DNA from: Escherichia coli
GTDB taxonomy: Bacteria; Pseudomonadota; Gammaproteobacteria; Enterobacterales; Enterobacteriaceae
DNA length: 64,000 nt
Assembly: GCF_003790525.1 (NCBI RefSeq)
Contig: NZ_CP033635.1
Reading direction: 5' to 3' (one strand)
Each line of letters opens with the position of its first letter. Position 1 is the first letter of the stretch. Positions 1 to 10,373 of the stretch are shown piece after piece. Below the pieces are notes generated by a model that made no database searches, was not told where the DNA came from, and saw only the letters and a program-made list of their open reading frames with translations. Both the position numbers and the translations under genes were made by a program.

Positions 1-434
1 CCTCGTATGACGAACTCAGTACCATGCTCGACCAGCGACAGCAAACCCTGCTATTGCCAGAGAGCGCCGCCGACATCACCGTTCAGGGTGATGCAACCCT
101 GCTGCGGATGTTATTGCGAAACCTGGTAGAAAACGCCCATCGTTACAGCCCGCAAGGCAGCAACATTATGATTAAGCTGCAAGAAGATGGCGGAGCAGTC
201 ATGGCCGTTGAAGATGAAGGACCGGGTATTGATGAGAGTAAATGCGGGGAGTTGAGTAAAGCGTTTGTACGTATGGACAGCCGTTATGGCGGGATTGGTC
301 TGGGGTTAAGTATTGTCAGCCGCATTACACAGTTGCATCACGGGCAGTTTTTCCTGCAAAACCGGCAAGAGACTTCCGGCACGCGGGCCTGGGTACGGCT
401 GAAGAAAGATCAGTACGTGGTAAACCAGATATAA
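1..434 (+). CDS. basS: Sensor histidine kinase BasS/PmrB, C-terminal fragment (5' end lies outside window)
   Basis: ORF track 24..434, open in frame to window start; HATPase_c-type motifs ([25 protein letters not shown]); convergent with proP and overlapped by pmrR as in E. coli. Confidence 0.8.
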   Translation, partial: SYDELSTMLDQRQQTLLLPESAADITVQGDATLLRMLLRNLVENAHRYSPQGSNIMIKLQEDGGAVMAVEDEGPGIDESKCGELSKAFVRMDSRYGGIGLGLSIVSRITQLHHGQFFLQNRQETSGTRAWVRLKKDQYVVNQI

Positions 435-499
435 AGAAAGCTGCTGACCACCAGCACGCTGAACACGGTAGTTAAACTTTCATAAACACGGTTTTTCAT
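410..499 (-). CDS. pmrR: Small membrane peptide PmrR (29 aa)
   Basis: Read by eye: ATG..TGA ORF translating [29 protein letters not shown] with GGAGGAGAG RBS just upstream; overlaps basS 3' end on the opposite strand; coordinates +/- 1-2 nt. Confidence 0.55.
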   Translation of the reverse strand: MKNRVYESLTTVFSVLVVSSFLYIWFTTY

Positions 500-569
500 T
501 GCACTCTCCTCCGTTAACCTGGAGGAGAGTATGCGCGTCAGAGATTAAGTGAACCTTAAGAGTTCAATT

Positions 570-600
570 GGCCTGATAAGACAGCGTCACATCAGGCCAT
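570..600. repeat. REP-like palindrome (GCCTGATAAGAC...CATCAGGC) between basS/pmrR and proP; probable bidirectional terminator
   Basis: Inverted repeat read by eye just downstream of proP stop. Confidence 0.45.
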
Positions 601-610
601 CCGTTTCAGC

Positions 611-2113
611 TTATTCATCAATTCGCGGATGTTGCTGCACCAGGCGGGTACGTTTCGCCTGCAAATCGGCAATCTCGTGGTCAATATCATCGATTTTCTG
701 CTCGATATTATCGTAATGCTCGACGAGAATTTCCTTCGCTTCCTGTATATCTGACGCCGCCGGTGTCGCACCTTTCAACGGACGATTTGCCGTCTCTTTC
801 ATGGTTACGCCGGTGATTAAACCAACCACCGCCACTACCATCAGGTAATAGGCAGGCATCATCAGATTCTGCGAGCTTTCGACCAGCCAGGCCGCCAGTG
901 TTGGCGTCAGACCGGCAACCAGCACCGAAATATTAAATGCCGCCGCCAGCGCGCTGTAACGGATATGCGTCGGGAACATCGCTGGCAAGGTAGAAGCCAT
1001 AACGCCCGTAAAGCAGTTAAGGATCACCGCCAGCATCAGTAACCCGGCAAAAATCAGGCCGATGACGTTACTGTTAATCAGAATAAACGCCGGGATCGCC
1101 AACACAAACAGTGCAACACTACCAAGTAGCACAAACGGACGACGGCCAAAACGGTCACTCAGCAAGCCCATCACCGGCTGGACAAACAGCATACCGATCA
1201 TAATGGCGATAATAATCAGCACCCCGTGGTCTTCGGAGTAATGCAGGTTATGCGACAAATAACTCGGCATATAGGTCAGCAACATGTAGTAAGTCACGTT
1301 GGTGGCAATTACCAGACCAATACATGTCAACAGGCTGCGCCAGTATTTAGTGGCAATCTCTTTAAACGAGACTTTCGGGCCATCCTGCAAACCTTCGCGG
1401 TCGCCCTGTTCCAGTTTATCAACATGCTGCTGGAACGCCGGAGTCTCTTCCAGCGCATGGCGCAGGTAAAGCCCGATAATCCCTAACGGCAGAGCGATAA
1501 AGAACGGAATACGCCAGCCCCAGTCGAGGAAGTTCTCTTCGCCGACAATGGTCGAAATTAACACCACCACGCCAGCACCCAGCACAAACCCGGCAATAGA
1601 ACCGAAGTCCAGCCAGCTGCCCATAAATCCACGTTTACGGTCAGGGGAGTATTCCGCAACAAATATCGACGCCCCGGTATATTCACCGCCGACCGAGAAA
1701 CCTTGTGCCATCTTACAGATCAACAGCAGAATCGGTGCCCAAATACCAATCGTGTCGTAGGACGGTATTAAGCCAATACAGAACGTACTGATCGACATAA
1801 TCACAATAGTGATAGCGAGGATCTTCTGGCGACCATATTTATCGCCCAACATACCAAAGAAGAGCCCGCCAAGCGGTCGAATCAGAAAGGGAACGGAGAA
1901 AGTGGCAAGTGCAGCAACCATCTGCACGCTGGGGTCAGCCCCCGGGAAAAAAACTTTACCTAATGCGTAAGCAACAAAACCATAAACACCAAAATCGAAC
2001 CATTCCATTGCATTACCCAGTGATGCTGCGGTAATGGCTTTACGCAGTTTACCGTCATCAATAATAGTGACATCACGAAGGGTAATCGGTTTTACTTTTT
2101 TCCTTTTCAGCAT
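611..2113 (-). CDS. proP: Proline/glycine betaine:H+ symporter ProP (MFS osmosensor), 500 aa
   Basis: ORF track 611..2146 trimmed to MLKRKKVKPITL start; 12-TM MFS protein with C-terminal coiled-coil tail. Confidence 0.95.
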   Translation of the reverse strand: MLKRKKVKPITLRDVTIIDDGKLRKAITAASLGNAMEWFDFGVYGFVAYALGKVFFPGADPSVQMVAALATFSVPFLIRPLGGLFFGMLGDKYGRQKILAITIVIMSISTFCIGLIPSYDTIGIWAPILLLICKMAQGFSVGGEYTGASIFVAEYSPDRKRGFMGSWLDFGSIAGFVLGAGVVVLISTIVGEENFLDWGWRIPFFIALPLGIIGLYLRHALEETPAFQQHVDKLEQGDREGLQDGPKVSFKEIATKYWRSLLTCIGLVIATNVTYYMLLTYMPSYLSHNLHYSEDHGVLIIIAIMIGMLFVQPVMGLLSDRFGRRPFVLLGSVALFVLAIPAFILINSNVIGLIFAGLLMLAVILNCFTGVMASTLPAMFPTHIRYSALAAAFNISVLVAGLTPTLAAWLVESSQNLMMPAYYLMVVAVVGLITGVTMKETANRPLKGATPAASDIQEAKEILVEHYDNIEQKIDDIDHEIADLQAKRTRLVQQHPRIDE

Positions 2114-2320
2114 AGCTTTCCTCGCAGAGTTGGCCCATTTCCGCAAACGCCAGAAAAATCAGCGCGACGGCCGCAAAAGGGGAGCGGGAATTGCAGGATG
2201 CAATCTCTGTAACAAGCGTAGCGGGTTTGCTTACACCCTCCGGTTAAGGAATGTACAATCAAACCAGTTGACGCCTGAATTGGGCAGTTAATGACCTTTT
2301 TACCCTACCAGTGTTTAAAT

Positions 2321-2340
2321 TTGTGATCAACTTCACACAT
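2321..2340. promoter_or_regulatory. CRP-like site (TGTGATCAACTTCACA) in proP promoter region
   Basis: Near-perfect TGTGA-N6-TCACA palindrome read by eye about 200 bp upstream of proP start. Confidence 0.45.
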
Positions 2341-2376
2341 GTATTTCGTTTAGGACTCATTGGTGTAACTGATTAT

Positions 2377-3255
2377 TTACACCAAATTTACAGAGAAGAT
2401 TTCCTCGACCATTGCCCCCGCCAGACGCTGCGCTGAACAGAGTCGTGGCATCCCCAGCGCGACAGTTTGCCAGCGTTGGGTCACTGACCAGCAAACGGGT
2501 TGTTTATCTGCCGTGGTCCACTTTCCCAGCCAACTTAAAAAATCAGCATGATCCCCGCCCGTCGAAACGGTCGAAGAGGCAAACCACTGATGGTAATAGT
2601 GACGCGTGGTCGGGGCCGCATTGATACTCTCTGCCAGATGTTGTGTCGCTTTCACGCGCAAATCACCCAGCAACAACGCCACCGCTTGCGGGCTTCCCAG
2701 ACGGCAGGCATCGCCAAATGCCCCCCAGCGCAACTCCTCCAGAACGATAAAACAGCGCCCAGGCAACGACCAGGCGTTATACGCCCCAGCACGCCAGCGG
2801 GTAAAAATTTGCTCGCTCTGTTCACCCGCCTGCACCAGTAGGCCTCGTTGCGTTAACGCCTTTTCCTTCCAGCGACAACGGGCTGAAAACCACTCATACA
2901 AGGCGGCAATTTGCTGGGGGAGCTCAGGGAAAGCAGAGTGCTGGCGGTGATCCATTTTTTGCAGCAGCGCCAGATGTTGCGCGATCTGCGTCAGCGCCAG
3001 ATGACCGGGATCCAGCATCGACGCCAGTTTTTCCACCAATGTCAGACGCAGGCTAAGCGGCGCATTTAACATCCCGCTGTTCGTCCATGCCTGAAGCTGC
3101 ACACGCGCAAGAAGTTCCTGCATCAGTCGTTCACGAAACTGCTGCTGATGGGCTTGTGGATGGCGGGCATCATCGCCCTGCGCCAGATCCACTAAAAAGC
3201 GCGGATGAACCGACTCCAGCACGCGACCGGGGCCGTCCAGTAACGTCTTGGTCAA
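2377..3255 (-). CDS. yjcZ: Uncharacterised protein YjcZ, 292 aa
   Basis: ORF track 2377..3255; overlaps crfC stop by 4 nt (operon partner); length and synteny match E. coli yjcZ. Confidence 0.85.
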   Translation of the reverse strand: MTKTLLDGPGRVLESVHPRFLVDLAQGDDARHPQAHQQQFRERLMQELLARVQLQAWTNSGMLNAPLSLRLTLVEKLASMLDPGHLALTQIAQHLALLQKMDHRQHSAFPELPQQIAALYEWFSARCRWKEKALTQRGLLVQAGEQSEQIFTRWRAGAYNAWSLPGRCFIVLEELRWGAFGDACRLGSPQAVALLLGDLRVKATQHLAESINAAPTTRHYYHQWFASSTVSTGGDHADFLSWLGKWTTADKQPVCWSVTQRWQTVALGMPRLCSAQRLAGAMVEEIFSVNLV

Positions 3256-5480
3256 TATCGTTCTGCCGTGAAAAGTGTTTGAATATCATCGCGTAACAGC
3301 TGAGCGTCGGTGTAAATCCAGCTGTGAGTCATCACAGCCTGCTGCAATTGCTGCTGCATCAGCCTGACCACCGATTCATTTTGTTGACGCAGAGCCAGGC
3401 TTTCGCGTAAACGCGTCTGTAATTCCGTCAAACATGAAGCGAACTCAGCGAAAAAAGTATTCATGCCTGCCGTAACAGATTCATCGACCTGCTCTGCCAG
3501 AACTTTAGCCATTTGTTGGCAATAAAGATCGACTTCTGCGCTTAATGCTCGTTGCAACACACTGTAATCAACCGTCTCTGTCGGGGATTTCTCATTTCCC
3601 CGTCCCCAGTCGGGCTGATTCAACCAGCGCGAAAAAGTCTCACGCACAACGCCTAAACGCGTGCTCTGCTCGTCCATTGCGTCCTGGCGCGAAATGACTT
3701 CACTGAACAGCTGGCGAGTGTTGAAGTGGGGAACTGCGCTGTGAAAAACAGGAAAATGAAACCCAGGACGAAACCCTGACTCGCTCAATTCCATTTTGAC
3801 TTGTTGCTCAATGGGCCGAATAACATCGGTTAACACCCGGCAAAGGGTGGATTCAAGCTCGGCAAAACGCAGCGTAAAGTCGCGACTGATGGTGTTCTGC
3901 GCCGTCTGTAACAGTGTCTCACAGCAGGTACGAATCTCGCTTAATGACCCCGAATCATCCTGAAACAACGCGGCTAACTGGGCATTCACCGCATCTTGCT
4001 GTTGACGCAGAAAGAGGTTGGCGGAGGTCAGGGCCAGCTCGATTTCATGTTTAATCTCGCCGCTCACCTGAGCCTGATTGAGTTGAAATAGCTGCAAACT
4101 TTCTTCGATCTGGTGGATATTTTGCCGCAATTGTTCACAAGCGACGTTTAACCCGTGCGCACGAAAATCCAGGTATTCCCGCGCCTGCTGCGCGTAATTC
4201 AACAGTTTATGCGCGGCAGATCGCAGAGCATACAACGAGGCGTTAGCGTAAGCGGCATGAAGCAACGCCTGAATTGGCTTGGCGAACAGCGAATCTTCCC
4301 ACAACTGATCGGCAGCATGACGAATATGTTCGAGGTTCGCCAGGTCGGCATGACGCCAGCGCCTGCCGAGCGCGGCATGGGCAAAATCTTCCACCCAGCG
4401 TTGTTGCTCTGGCGCGGGTAACTTACCGCTGTTGGCTAACTCATTACGCGCCCGATTCGCCAGGTAGCCCCACATCGACGACACTGGAAATATCTGCTGT
4501 GGCGTAATACAGCCTTTCATCAGCGTCCCGGAAATCAGTGCCCGCACCTGGTCGGCGTCGTCACTGTTACGATCCTGTTGATCGAACTTATTGACCAGCA
4601 CATACAACGGCACCGATTGCCCCACCGCCAAAATCGCCTCACGGACCTCTTCATCGGAGATCGATTTCAGTTGCGTATAATCCAGCACCGCCAGTACCGC
4701 CGAGGCGCGTGCCAGCTGCTGGTTAAGCATTTTTTGCAGATGCGGTTGCCCGGCTTCATTTGGCCCGGGGGTATCCAGTAACGTCAATTGGCCGGGATAA
4801 CTCTCCAGCCCCGCCAGATGGACAAACTCCACTTCAATCACGGGAATATGCTCAATGGCGGCGTAAGCAGAAAAAGGAAAATCGACGTCCAGCGCCTTCG
4901 CCAGTCGCACCAAATCATTCAAACTTTTCAGACAATGAAAAATAGGCTGGGCACCCAGATAATATTTTTCGAAAGCGACGCCATTTTCGATCCGCTGCAT
5001 AAGCGCACGCATATCTTTATCTATTTCCAGCACATCGGTCAGATGCTTAATATCGCAATCACGCAGGCGCTGTTGTAATTTTTGAATTAAACAATCGATT
5101 GGCGCGACATGTGAAAAATGCAGTACCGGTTCTTTTTGCCCGGGCGTATGGCGAATAAGCGTCGGCAGCGCAGTCATTGGGCGATTGCGATTAGGCAGAA
5201 CCTCCGTACCAACAATGGCATTAATGGTGGTTGATTTCCCTGCTTTCATGGTACCGACAATCGCCAGCACCATTTCCAGTCGGGAAATTTTACGCAACTC
5301 ATTATTCAGCATCGCGTGACGTTCGGCGATATTAGGCTGACTCCAGGGTAAAGCCAGTTGTGGCGCATCGTCTCCGGGTACAGAGAGAGGCATTTTTTCC
5401 AGTAACTGCAACTGTTGGCGAGAAAGCTGTAACAGGCGTTCAGCCTCCTGACTTAACTCATACAGGGTCTGTGTGTACAT
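3252..5480 (-). CDS. crfC: Dynamin-like GTPase CrfC (YjdA), 742 aa
   Basis: ORF track 3252..5480; GTPase P-loop GTMKAGKST and DTPG motif; synteny with yjcZ. Confidence 0.9.
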   Translation of the reverse strand: MYTQTLYELSQEAERLLQLSRQQLQLLEKMPLSVPGDDAPQLALPWSQPNIAERHAMLNNELRKISRLEMVLAIVGTMKAGKSTTINAIVGTEVLPNRNRPMTALPTLIRHTPGQKEPVLHFSHVAPIDCLIQKLQQRLRDCDIKHLTDVLEIDKDMRALMQRIENGVAFEKYYLGAQPIFHCLKSLNDLVRLAKALDVDFPFSAYAAIEHIPVIEVEFVHLAGLESYPGQLTLLDTPGPNEAGQPHLQKMLNQQLARASAVLAVLDYTQLKSISDEEVREAILAVGQSVPLYVLVNKFDQQDRNSDDADQVRALISGTLMKGCITPQQIFPVSSMWGYLANRARNELANSGKLPAPEQQRWVEDFAHAALGRRWRHADLANLEHIRHAADQLWEDSLFAKPIQALLHAAYANASLYALRSAAHKLLNYAQQAREYLDFRAHGLNVACEQLRQNIHQIEESLQLFQLNQAQVSGEIKHEIELALTSANLFLRQQQDAVNAQLAALFQDDSGSLSEIRTCCETLLQTAQNTISRDFTLRFAELESTLCRVLTDVIRPIEQQVKMELSESGFRPGFHFPVFHSAVPHFNTRQLFSEVISRQDAMDEQSTRLGVVRETFSRWLNQPDWGRGNEKSPTETVDYSVLQRALSAEVDLYCQQMAKVLAEQVDESVTAGMNTFFAEFASCLTELQTRLRESLALRQQNESVVRLMQQQLQQAVMTHSWIYTDAQLLRDDIQTLFTAERY

Positions 5481-5882
5481 AGAAAATTCTTCCTTAAAGC
5501 AAATTTTATTACTTTTATTTAGCCAGATTGCTTTTGAGTTCTGTTTTCGGCTTTTATAATTACTGCAAGAAATAATTTTATATTTAGAGTGTTATTTTTT
5601 ATTAGAATAAATAACGTCTTCCGATACGTTTAAAACGTCAGAAAGATAAAAAATATCATTTGAATTAAAAAAAGAACAAGTAGAGCATTAACCTTATCTT
5701 AAATAATAAATGGAGGCAAAAAGATTATTTTCTTTTTGCGTTTCCTTTCAAATGAAAACGATCGTCGTCTAAAATCAGCAGTACCCCCGACAAACTCAGG
5801 GATTTTGTGTATAATTGCGGCCTTTTTCGGCAATCTGCCGTTTTTTGGCGCTTTTGCCCTGCTGACTTTTGAGGAAATCCAC

Positions 5883-6218
5883 ATGTCATTACCACACTGC
5901 CCAAAATGCAACTCCGAATACACCTACGAAGATAACGGCATGTACATCTGCCCGGAATGTGCCTACGAATGGAACGACGCAGAACCTGCACAGGAAAGCG
6001 ACGAGCTGATCGTTAAAGATGCTAACGGCAATCTGCTGGCTGACGGCGACAGCGTTACCATCATTAAAGATCTGAAGGTGAAAGGTAGCTCTTCGATGCT
6101 GAAAATTGGCACCAAAGTGAAAAACATCCGCCTGGTTGAAGGCGACCATAACATCGATTGCAAAATCGACGGTTTTGGTCCGATGAAACTGAAATCTGAG
6201 TTTGTGAAAAAGAACTGA
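5883..6218 (+). CDS. yjdM: Zinc-ribbon protein YjdM (PhnA), 111 aa
   Basis: ORF track 5736..6218 trimmed to [13 protein letters not shown] start; CxxC...CxxC zinc ribbon. Confidence 0.9.
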
Positions 6219-6234
6219 TTGTATTGTGATCGGT

Positions 6235-6312
6235 AAGCCGGATAAGGCGCTCGCGCCGCATCCGGCAACGATGCCGACTGCCTGATGCGACGCTGACCGC
6301 GTCTTATCAGGC
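6235..6312. repeat. REP cluster between yjdM and yjdN
   Basis: GCCGGATAAGGCGC...GCATCCGGC and GCCTGATGCGACGCTG...TCTTATCAGGC palindromic units. Confidence 0.6.
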
Positions 6313-6377
6313 TTCCCTCTCATCTGTATAAATTTCGAACTACACTTAACTGGCTTCTCTTAACTGAGGTCACCATC

Positions 6378-6821
6378 ATGCCGTTAAGTCCCTACCTCTC
6401 TTTTGCCGGTAACTGTGCCGACGCAATTGCTTATTATCAACGTACGTTGGGCGCTGAACTGCTCTATAAAATCAGCTTCGGCGAAATGCCAAAATCAGCG
6501 CAGGATAGCGCCGAGAACTGCCCTTCCGGAATGCAATTTCCCGATACCGCCATCGCTCATGCCAACGTGCGCATTGCAGGAAGCGACATCATGATGAGCG
6601 ATGCTATACCGTCAGGAAAAGCCAGCTACTCCGGCTTTACGCTGGTGCTCGATTCGCAACAGGTCGAAGAAGGAAAACGCTGGTTTGACAACCTTGCCGC
6701 TAACGGAAAAATCGAAATGGCCTGGCAGGAAACTTTCTGGGCGCATGGCTTCGGCAAAGTCACCGATAAATTTGGCGTACCGTGGATGATTAATGTCGTC
6801 AAACAACAACCAACGCACTAA
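6378..6821 (+). CDS. yjdN: VOC/glyoxalase-family protein YjdN (PhnB), 147 aa
   Basis: ORF track 6378..6821; directly upstream of phnC. Confidence 0.9.
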   Translation: MPLSPYLSFAGNCADAIAYYQRTLGAELLYKISFGEMPKSAQDSAENCPSGMQFPDTAIAHANVRIAGSDIMMSDAIPSGKASYSGFTLVLDSQQVEEGKRWFDNLAANGKIEMAWQETFWAHGFGKVTDKFGVPWMINVVKQQPTH

Positions 6822-6845
6822 CCCGCCGGGAGGGCCGCCCTCCCG

Positions 6846-6915
6846 CACTGTCATCGAAATCTCGTTAACTCTTCATCCGTTAGTCACTTTTAGTTAACAA
6901 AATCGTCACAATAAT
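6846..6915 (+). promoter_or_regulatory. Pho-box array (PhoB sites) of the phnC promoter
   Basis: Run of 7-bp CTGTCAT-like half-sites at ~11-bp spacing (CTGTCAT, ATCTCGT, TCTTCAT, TAGTCAC, AGTTAAC, TCGTCAC) 40-110 bp upstream of phnC ATG. Confidence 0.5.
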
Positions 6916-6953
6916 CCGCCACGATGGAGCCACTTTTTTAGGGAGGCTGCATC

Positions 6954-7742
6954 ATGCAAACGATTATCCGTGTCGAGAAGCTCGCCAAAACCTTCAATCA
7001 GCATCAGGCGCTGCATGCGGTTGATCTGAACATTCATCACGGTGAAATGGTGGCTCTGCTTGGGCCGTCGGGTTCCGGCAAATCCACCCTTTTACGTCAC
7101 TTAAGCGGTTTGATTACCGGCGATAAATCTGCCGGTAGCCATATCGAGCTGCTGGGCCGCACAGTCCAGCGCGAAGGCCGCCTGGCCCGCGATATCCGCA
7201 AAAGCCGCGCCAACACCGGCTACATCTTCCAACAATTCAACCTGGTGAATCGCCTGAGCGTACTGGAGAACGTGCTGATTGGCGCGCTCGGCAGCACGCC
7301 GTTCTGGCGCACCTGTTTTAGCTGGTTCACCCGCGAGCAGAAACAGCGCGCGTTACAGGCGCTGACCCGCGTTGGCATGGTGCATTTTGCCCATCAGCGC
7401 GTTTCCACCCTCTCCGGCGGCCAGCAGCAGCGTGTGGCGATTGCCCGCGCGCTGATGCAGCAGGCGAAGGTGATTCTGGCCGATGAACCCATCGCCTCGC
7501 TGGACCCGGAATCGGCGCGCATCGTGATGGACACCCTGCGCGACATTAACCAGAACGACGGCATTACCGTGGTCGTCACGCTGCATCAGGTGGATTACGC
7601 CCTGCGCTACTGCGAACGCATCGTCGCCCTGCGCCAGGGGCACGTCTTCTACGACGGCAGCAGCCAACAGTTTGATAACGAACGTTTTGACCATCTCTAC
7701 CGCAGCATTAACCGCGTCGAAGAGAACGCGAAAGCTGCCTGA
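6954..7742 (+). CDS. phnC: Phosphonate ABC transporter ATP-binding protein PhnC
   Basis: ORF track; Walker [13 protein letters not shown] signature LSGGQQQR, Walker B ILADEP. Confidence 0.95.
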   Translation: MQTIIRVEKLAKTFNQHQALHAVDLNIHHGEMVALLGPSGSGKSTLLRHLSGLITGDKSAGSHIELLGRTVQREGRLARDIRKSRANTGYIFQQFNLVNRLSVLENVLIGALGSTPFWRTCFSWFTREQKQRALQALTRVGMVHFAHQRVSTLSGGQQQRVAIARALMQQAKVILADEPIASLDPESARIVMDTLRDINQNDGITVVVTLHQVDYALRYCERIVALRQGHVFYDGSSQQFDNERFDHLYRSINRVEENAKAA

Positions 7743-7766
7743 CATCCCCATCATTGAGGAAAACGA

Positions 7767-8783
7767 ATGAACGCTAAGATAATTGCCTCGCTGGCCTTCA
7801 CCAGCATGTTCAGCCTCAGCACCCTGTTAAGCCCGGCGCACGCCGAAGAGCAGGAAAAGGCGCTGAATTTCGGCATTATTTCAACGGAATCACAGCAAAA
7901 CCTGAAACCGCAATGGACGCCGTTCTTACAGGATATGGAGAAGAAGCTGGGCGTAAAGGTCAACGCCTTCTTTGCCCCGGACTACGCGGGCATTATCCAG
8001 GGGATGCGCTTCAATAAAGTGGATATCGCCTGGTACGGCAACCTGTCGGCGATGGAAGCGGTGGATCGCGCCAACGGTCAGGTCTTCGCCCAGACAGTCG
8101 CGGCGGATGGATCGCCAGGTTACTGGAGCGTGTTGATCGTCAACAAAGACAGCCCGATCAACAACCTGAACGATCTGCTGGCGAAGCGTAAAGATCTCAC
8201 CTTTGGCAATGGCGATCCTAACTCCACCTCTGGCTTCCTCGTCCCCGGTTACTACGTCTTTGCCAAAAACAATATCTCCGCCAGCGACTTCAAGCGCACC
8301 GTCAACGCCGGGCATGAAACCAATGCGCTGGCCGTCGCCAACAAGCAAGTGGATGTGGCGACCAACAATACCGAAAACCTCGACAAGCTGAAAACCTCCG
8401 CACCAGAGAAGCTCAAAGAACTGAAGGTGATCTGGAAATCGCCGCTGATCCCAGGCGATCCGATCGTCTGGCGCAAAAATCTTTCCGAAACTACCAAAGA
8501 CAAGATCTACGACTTCTTTATGAATTACGGCAAGACGCCGGAAGAGAAAGCGGTGCTGGAACGCCTGGGCTGGGCCCCGTTCCGCGCCTCCAGCGACCTG
8601 CAACTGGTGCCGATTCGCCAGCTCGCACTGTTTAAAGAGATGCAGGGCGTGAAAAGCAATAAAGGGCTGAATGAGCAGGACAAGCTGGCGAAAACCACCG
8701 CGATTCAGGCGCAGCTGGATGACCTGGACCGCCTGAACAACGCGTTAAGCGCGATGAGTTCGGTAAGTAAAGCGGTGCAGTAA
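7767..8783 (+). CDS. phnD: Phosphonate ABC transporter periplasmic binding protein PhnD
   Basis: ORF track; N-terminal signal peptide; operon position. Confidence 0.95.
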   Translation: MNAKIIASLAFTSMFSLSTLLSPAHAEEQEKALNFGIISTESQQNLKPQWTPFLQDMEKKLGVKVNAFFAPDYAGIIQGMRFNKVDIAWYGNLSAMEAVDRANGQVFAQTVAADGSPGYWSVLIVNKDSPINNLNDLLAKRKDLTFGNGDPNSTSGFLVPGYYVFAKNNISASDFKRTVNAGHETNALAVANKQVDVATNNTENLDKLKTSAPEKLKELKVIWKSPLIPGDPIVWRKNLSETTKDKIYDFFMNYGKTPEEKAVLERLGWAPFRASSDLQLVPIRQLALFKEMQGVKSNKGLNEQDKLAKTTAIQAQLDDLDRLNNALSAMSSVSKAVQ

Positions 8784-8847
8784 TGGTTTTCTCCCTCTCC
8801 CCGAAGGGGCGAGGGAACCGATCGAGCACACAATCACGGAGCCAAAC

Positions 8848-9627
8848 ATGCAAACCATCACCATCGCCCCACCCAAGCGCAGCTGGTTCTCGCTTCTGAG
8901 CTGGGCCATTGTTCTCGCCGTGTTGGTCGTCTCGTGGCAGGGCGCGGAAATGGCCCCGCTTACGCTGATCAAAGACGGCGGCAACATGGCGACGTTCGCT
9001 GCCGACTTCTTCCCGCCCGATTTCAGCCAGTGGCAGGATTACCTCACCGAAATGGCCGTCACGCTGCAAATCGCCGTCTGGGGCACCGCGCTGGCGGTGG
9101 TTCTCTCCATCCCCTTCGGTCTGATGAGCGCCGAAAACCTGGTGCCGTGGTGGGTTTACCAGCCCGTACGCCGCCTGATGGACGCCTGCCGCGCCATTAA
9201 CGAAATGGTCTTCGCCATGCTGTTCGTGGTCGCCGTCGGCCTTGGCCCGTTCGCTGGCGTGCTGGCGCTGTTTATCCACACCACCGGCGTGCTCTCCAAG
9301 CTGCTTTCCGAAGCGGTAGAAGCGATCGAACCCGGCCCGGTGGAGGGCATTCGCGCCACCGGTGCCAACAAGCTGGAAGAGATCCTCTACGGCGTGCTGC
9401 CACAGGTGATGCCGCTGCTGATCTCCTACTCCCTCTATCGTTTCGAATCCAACGTCCGCTCGGCGACCGTCGTCGGCATGGTCGGTGCAGGCGGGATCGG
9501 CGTCACCCTGTGGGAAGCGATTCGCGGTTTCCAGTTCCAGCAAACCTGCGCCCTGATGGTGCTGATTATCGTCACGGTCAGCCTGCTGGATTTCCTCTCT
9601 CAACGGTTGCGTAAGCACTTTATCTGA
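8848..9627 (+). CDS. phnE: Phosphonate ABC transporter permease PhnE (intact allele)
   Basis: Single uninterrupted 259-aa ORF in track; multi-TM permease; GGAG RBS upstream. Confidence 0.9.
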   Translation: MQTITIAPPKRSWFSLLSWAIVLAVLVVSWQGAEMAPLTLIKDGGNMATFAADFFPPDFSQWQDYLTEMAVTLQIAVWGTALAVVLSIPFGLMSAENLVPWWVYQPVRRLMDACRAINEMVFAMLFVVAVGLGPFAGVLALFIHTTGVLSKLLSEAVEAIEPGPVEGIRATGANKLEEILYGVLPQVMPLLISYSLYRFESNVRSATVVGMVGAGGIGVTLWEAIRGFQFQQTCALMVLIIVTVSLLDFLSQRLRKHFI

Positions 9628-9647
9628 TAAGCGAGGCATTGATATCT

Positions 9648-10373
9648 ATGCACTTGTCTACACATCCGACCAGCTACCCAACACGCTATCAGGAGATAGC
9701 CGCAAAACTTGAGCAGGAGCTTCGTCAACACTACCGCTGCGGCGACTATCTTCCCGCCGAGCAGCAACTGGCGGCGCGCTTTGAGGTGAACCGCCACACC
9801 CTGCGCCGCGCCATCGACCAACTGGTGGAAAAAGGTTGGGTACAGCGCCGTCAGGGCGTCGGCGTGCTGGTGCTGATGCGCCCGTTCGATTACCCGCTCA
9901 ACGCCCAGGCGCGTTTTAGCCAGAACCTGCTGGACCAAGGCAGCCATCCCACCAGCGAAAAATTGCTATCGGTGCTGCGCCCCGCCTCCGGTCACGTCGC
10001 TGACGCATTGGGGATTACCGAGGGCGAGAACGTTATCCACCTGCGCACCCTGCGTCGGGTCAACGGCGTCGCGCTCTGTTTAATCGACCACTACTTTGCG
10101 GACCTCGCCCTCTGGCCGACGCTGCAACGCTTCGACAGCGGCTCGCTGCACGATTTTCTGCGCGAGCAAACCGGAATTGCGCTGCGCCGCAGCCAGACGC
10201 GGATCAGCGCCCGCCGCGCCCAGGCCAAAGAGTGCCAGCGTCTTGAAATCCCGAATATGTCGCCGCTGCTGTGCGTGCGCACCCTTAACCACCGTGACGG
10301 TGAAAGCAGCCCGGCGGAGTACTCCGTCAGCCTGACGCGCGCCGACATGATTGAATTCACTATGGAGCACTGA
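9648..10373 (+). CDS. phnF: GntR-family repressor PhnF, 241 aa
   Basis: ORF track 9639..10373 trimmed to MHLSTHPTSYP start; N-terminal wHTH, UTRA-like C-terminus. Confidence 0.9.
   Translation: MHLSTHPTSYPTRYQEIAAKLEQELRQHYRCGDYLPAEQQLAARFEVNRHTLRRAIDQLVEKGWVQRRQGVGVLVLMRPFDYPLNAQARFSQNLLDQGSHPTSEKLLSVLRPASGHVADALGITEGENVIHLRTLRRVNGVALCLIDHYFADLALWPTLQRFDSGSLHDFLREQTGIALRRSQTRISARRAQAKECQRLEIPNMSPLLCVRTLNHRDGESSPAEYSVSLTRADMIEFTMEH

Noticed and set aside
8632-9639. 335-aa ORF antisense to phnE
   Set aside because: Shadow ORF in GC-rich coding DNA; fully overlaps the well-supported phnE frame; Arg/Gly/His-rich junk-like composition; no RBS.
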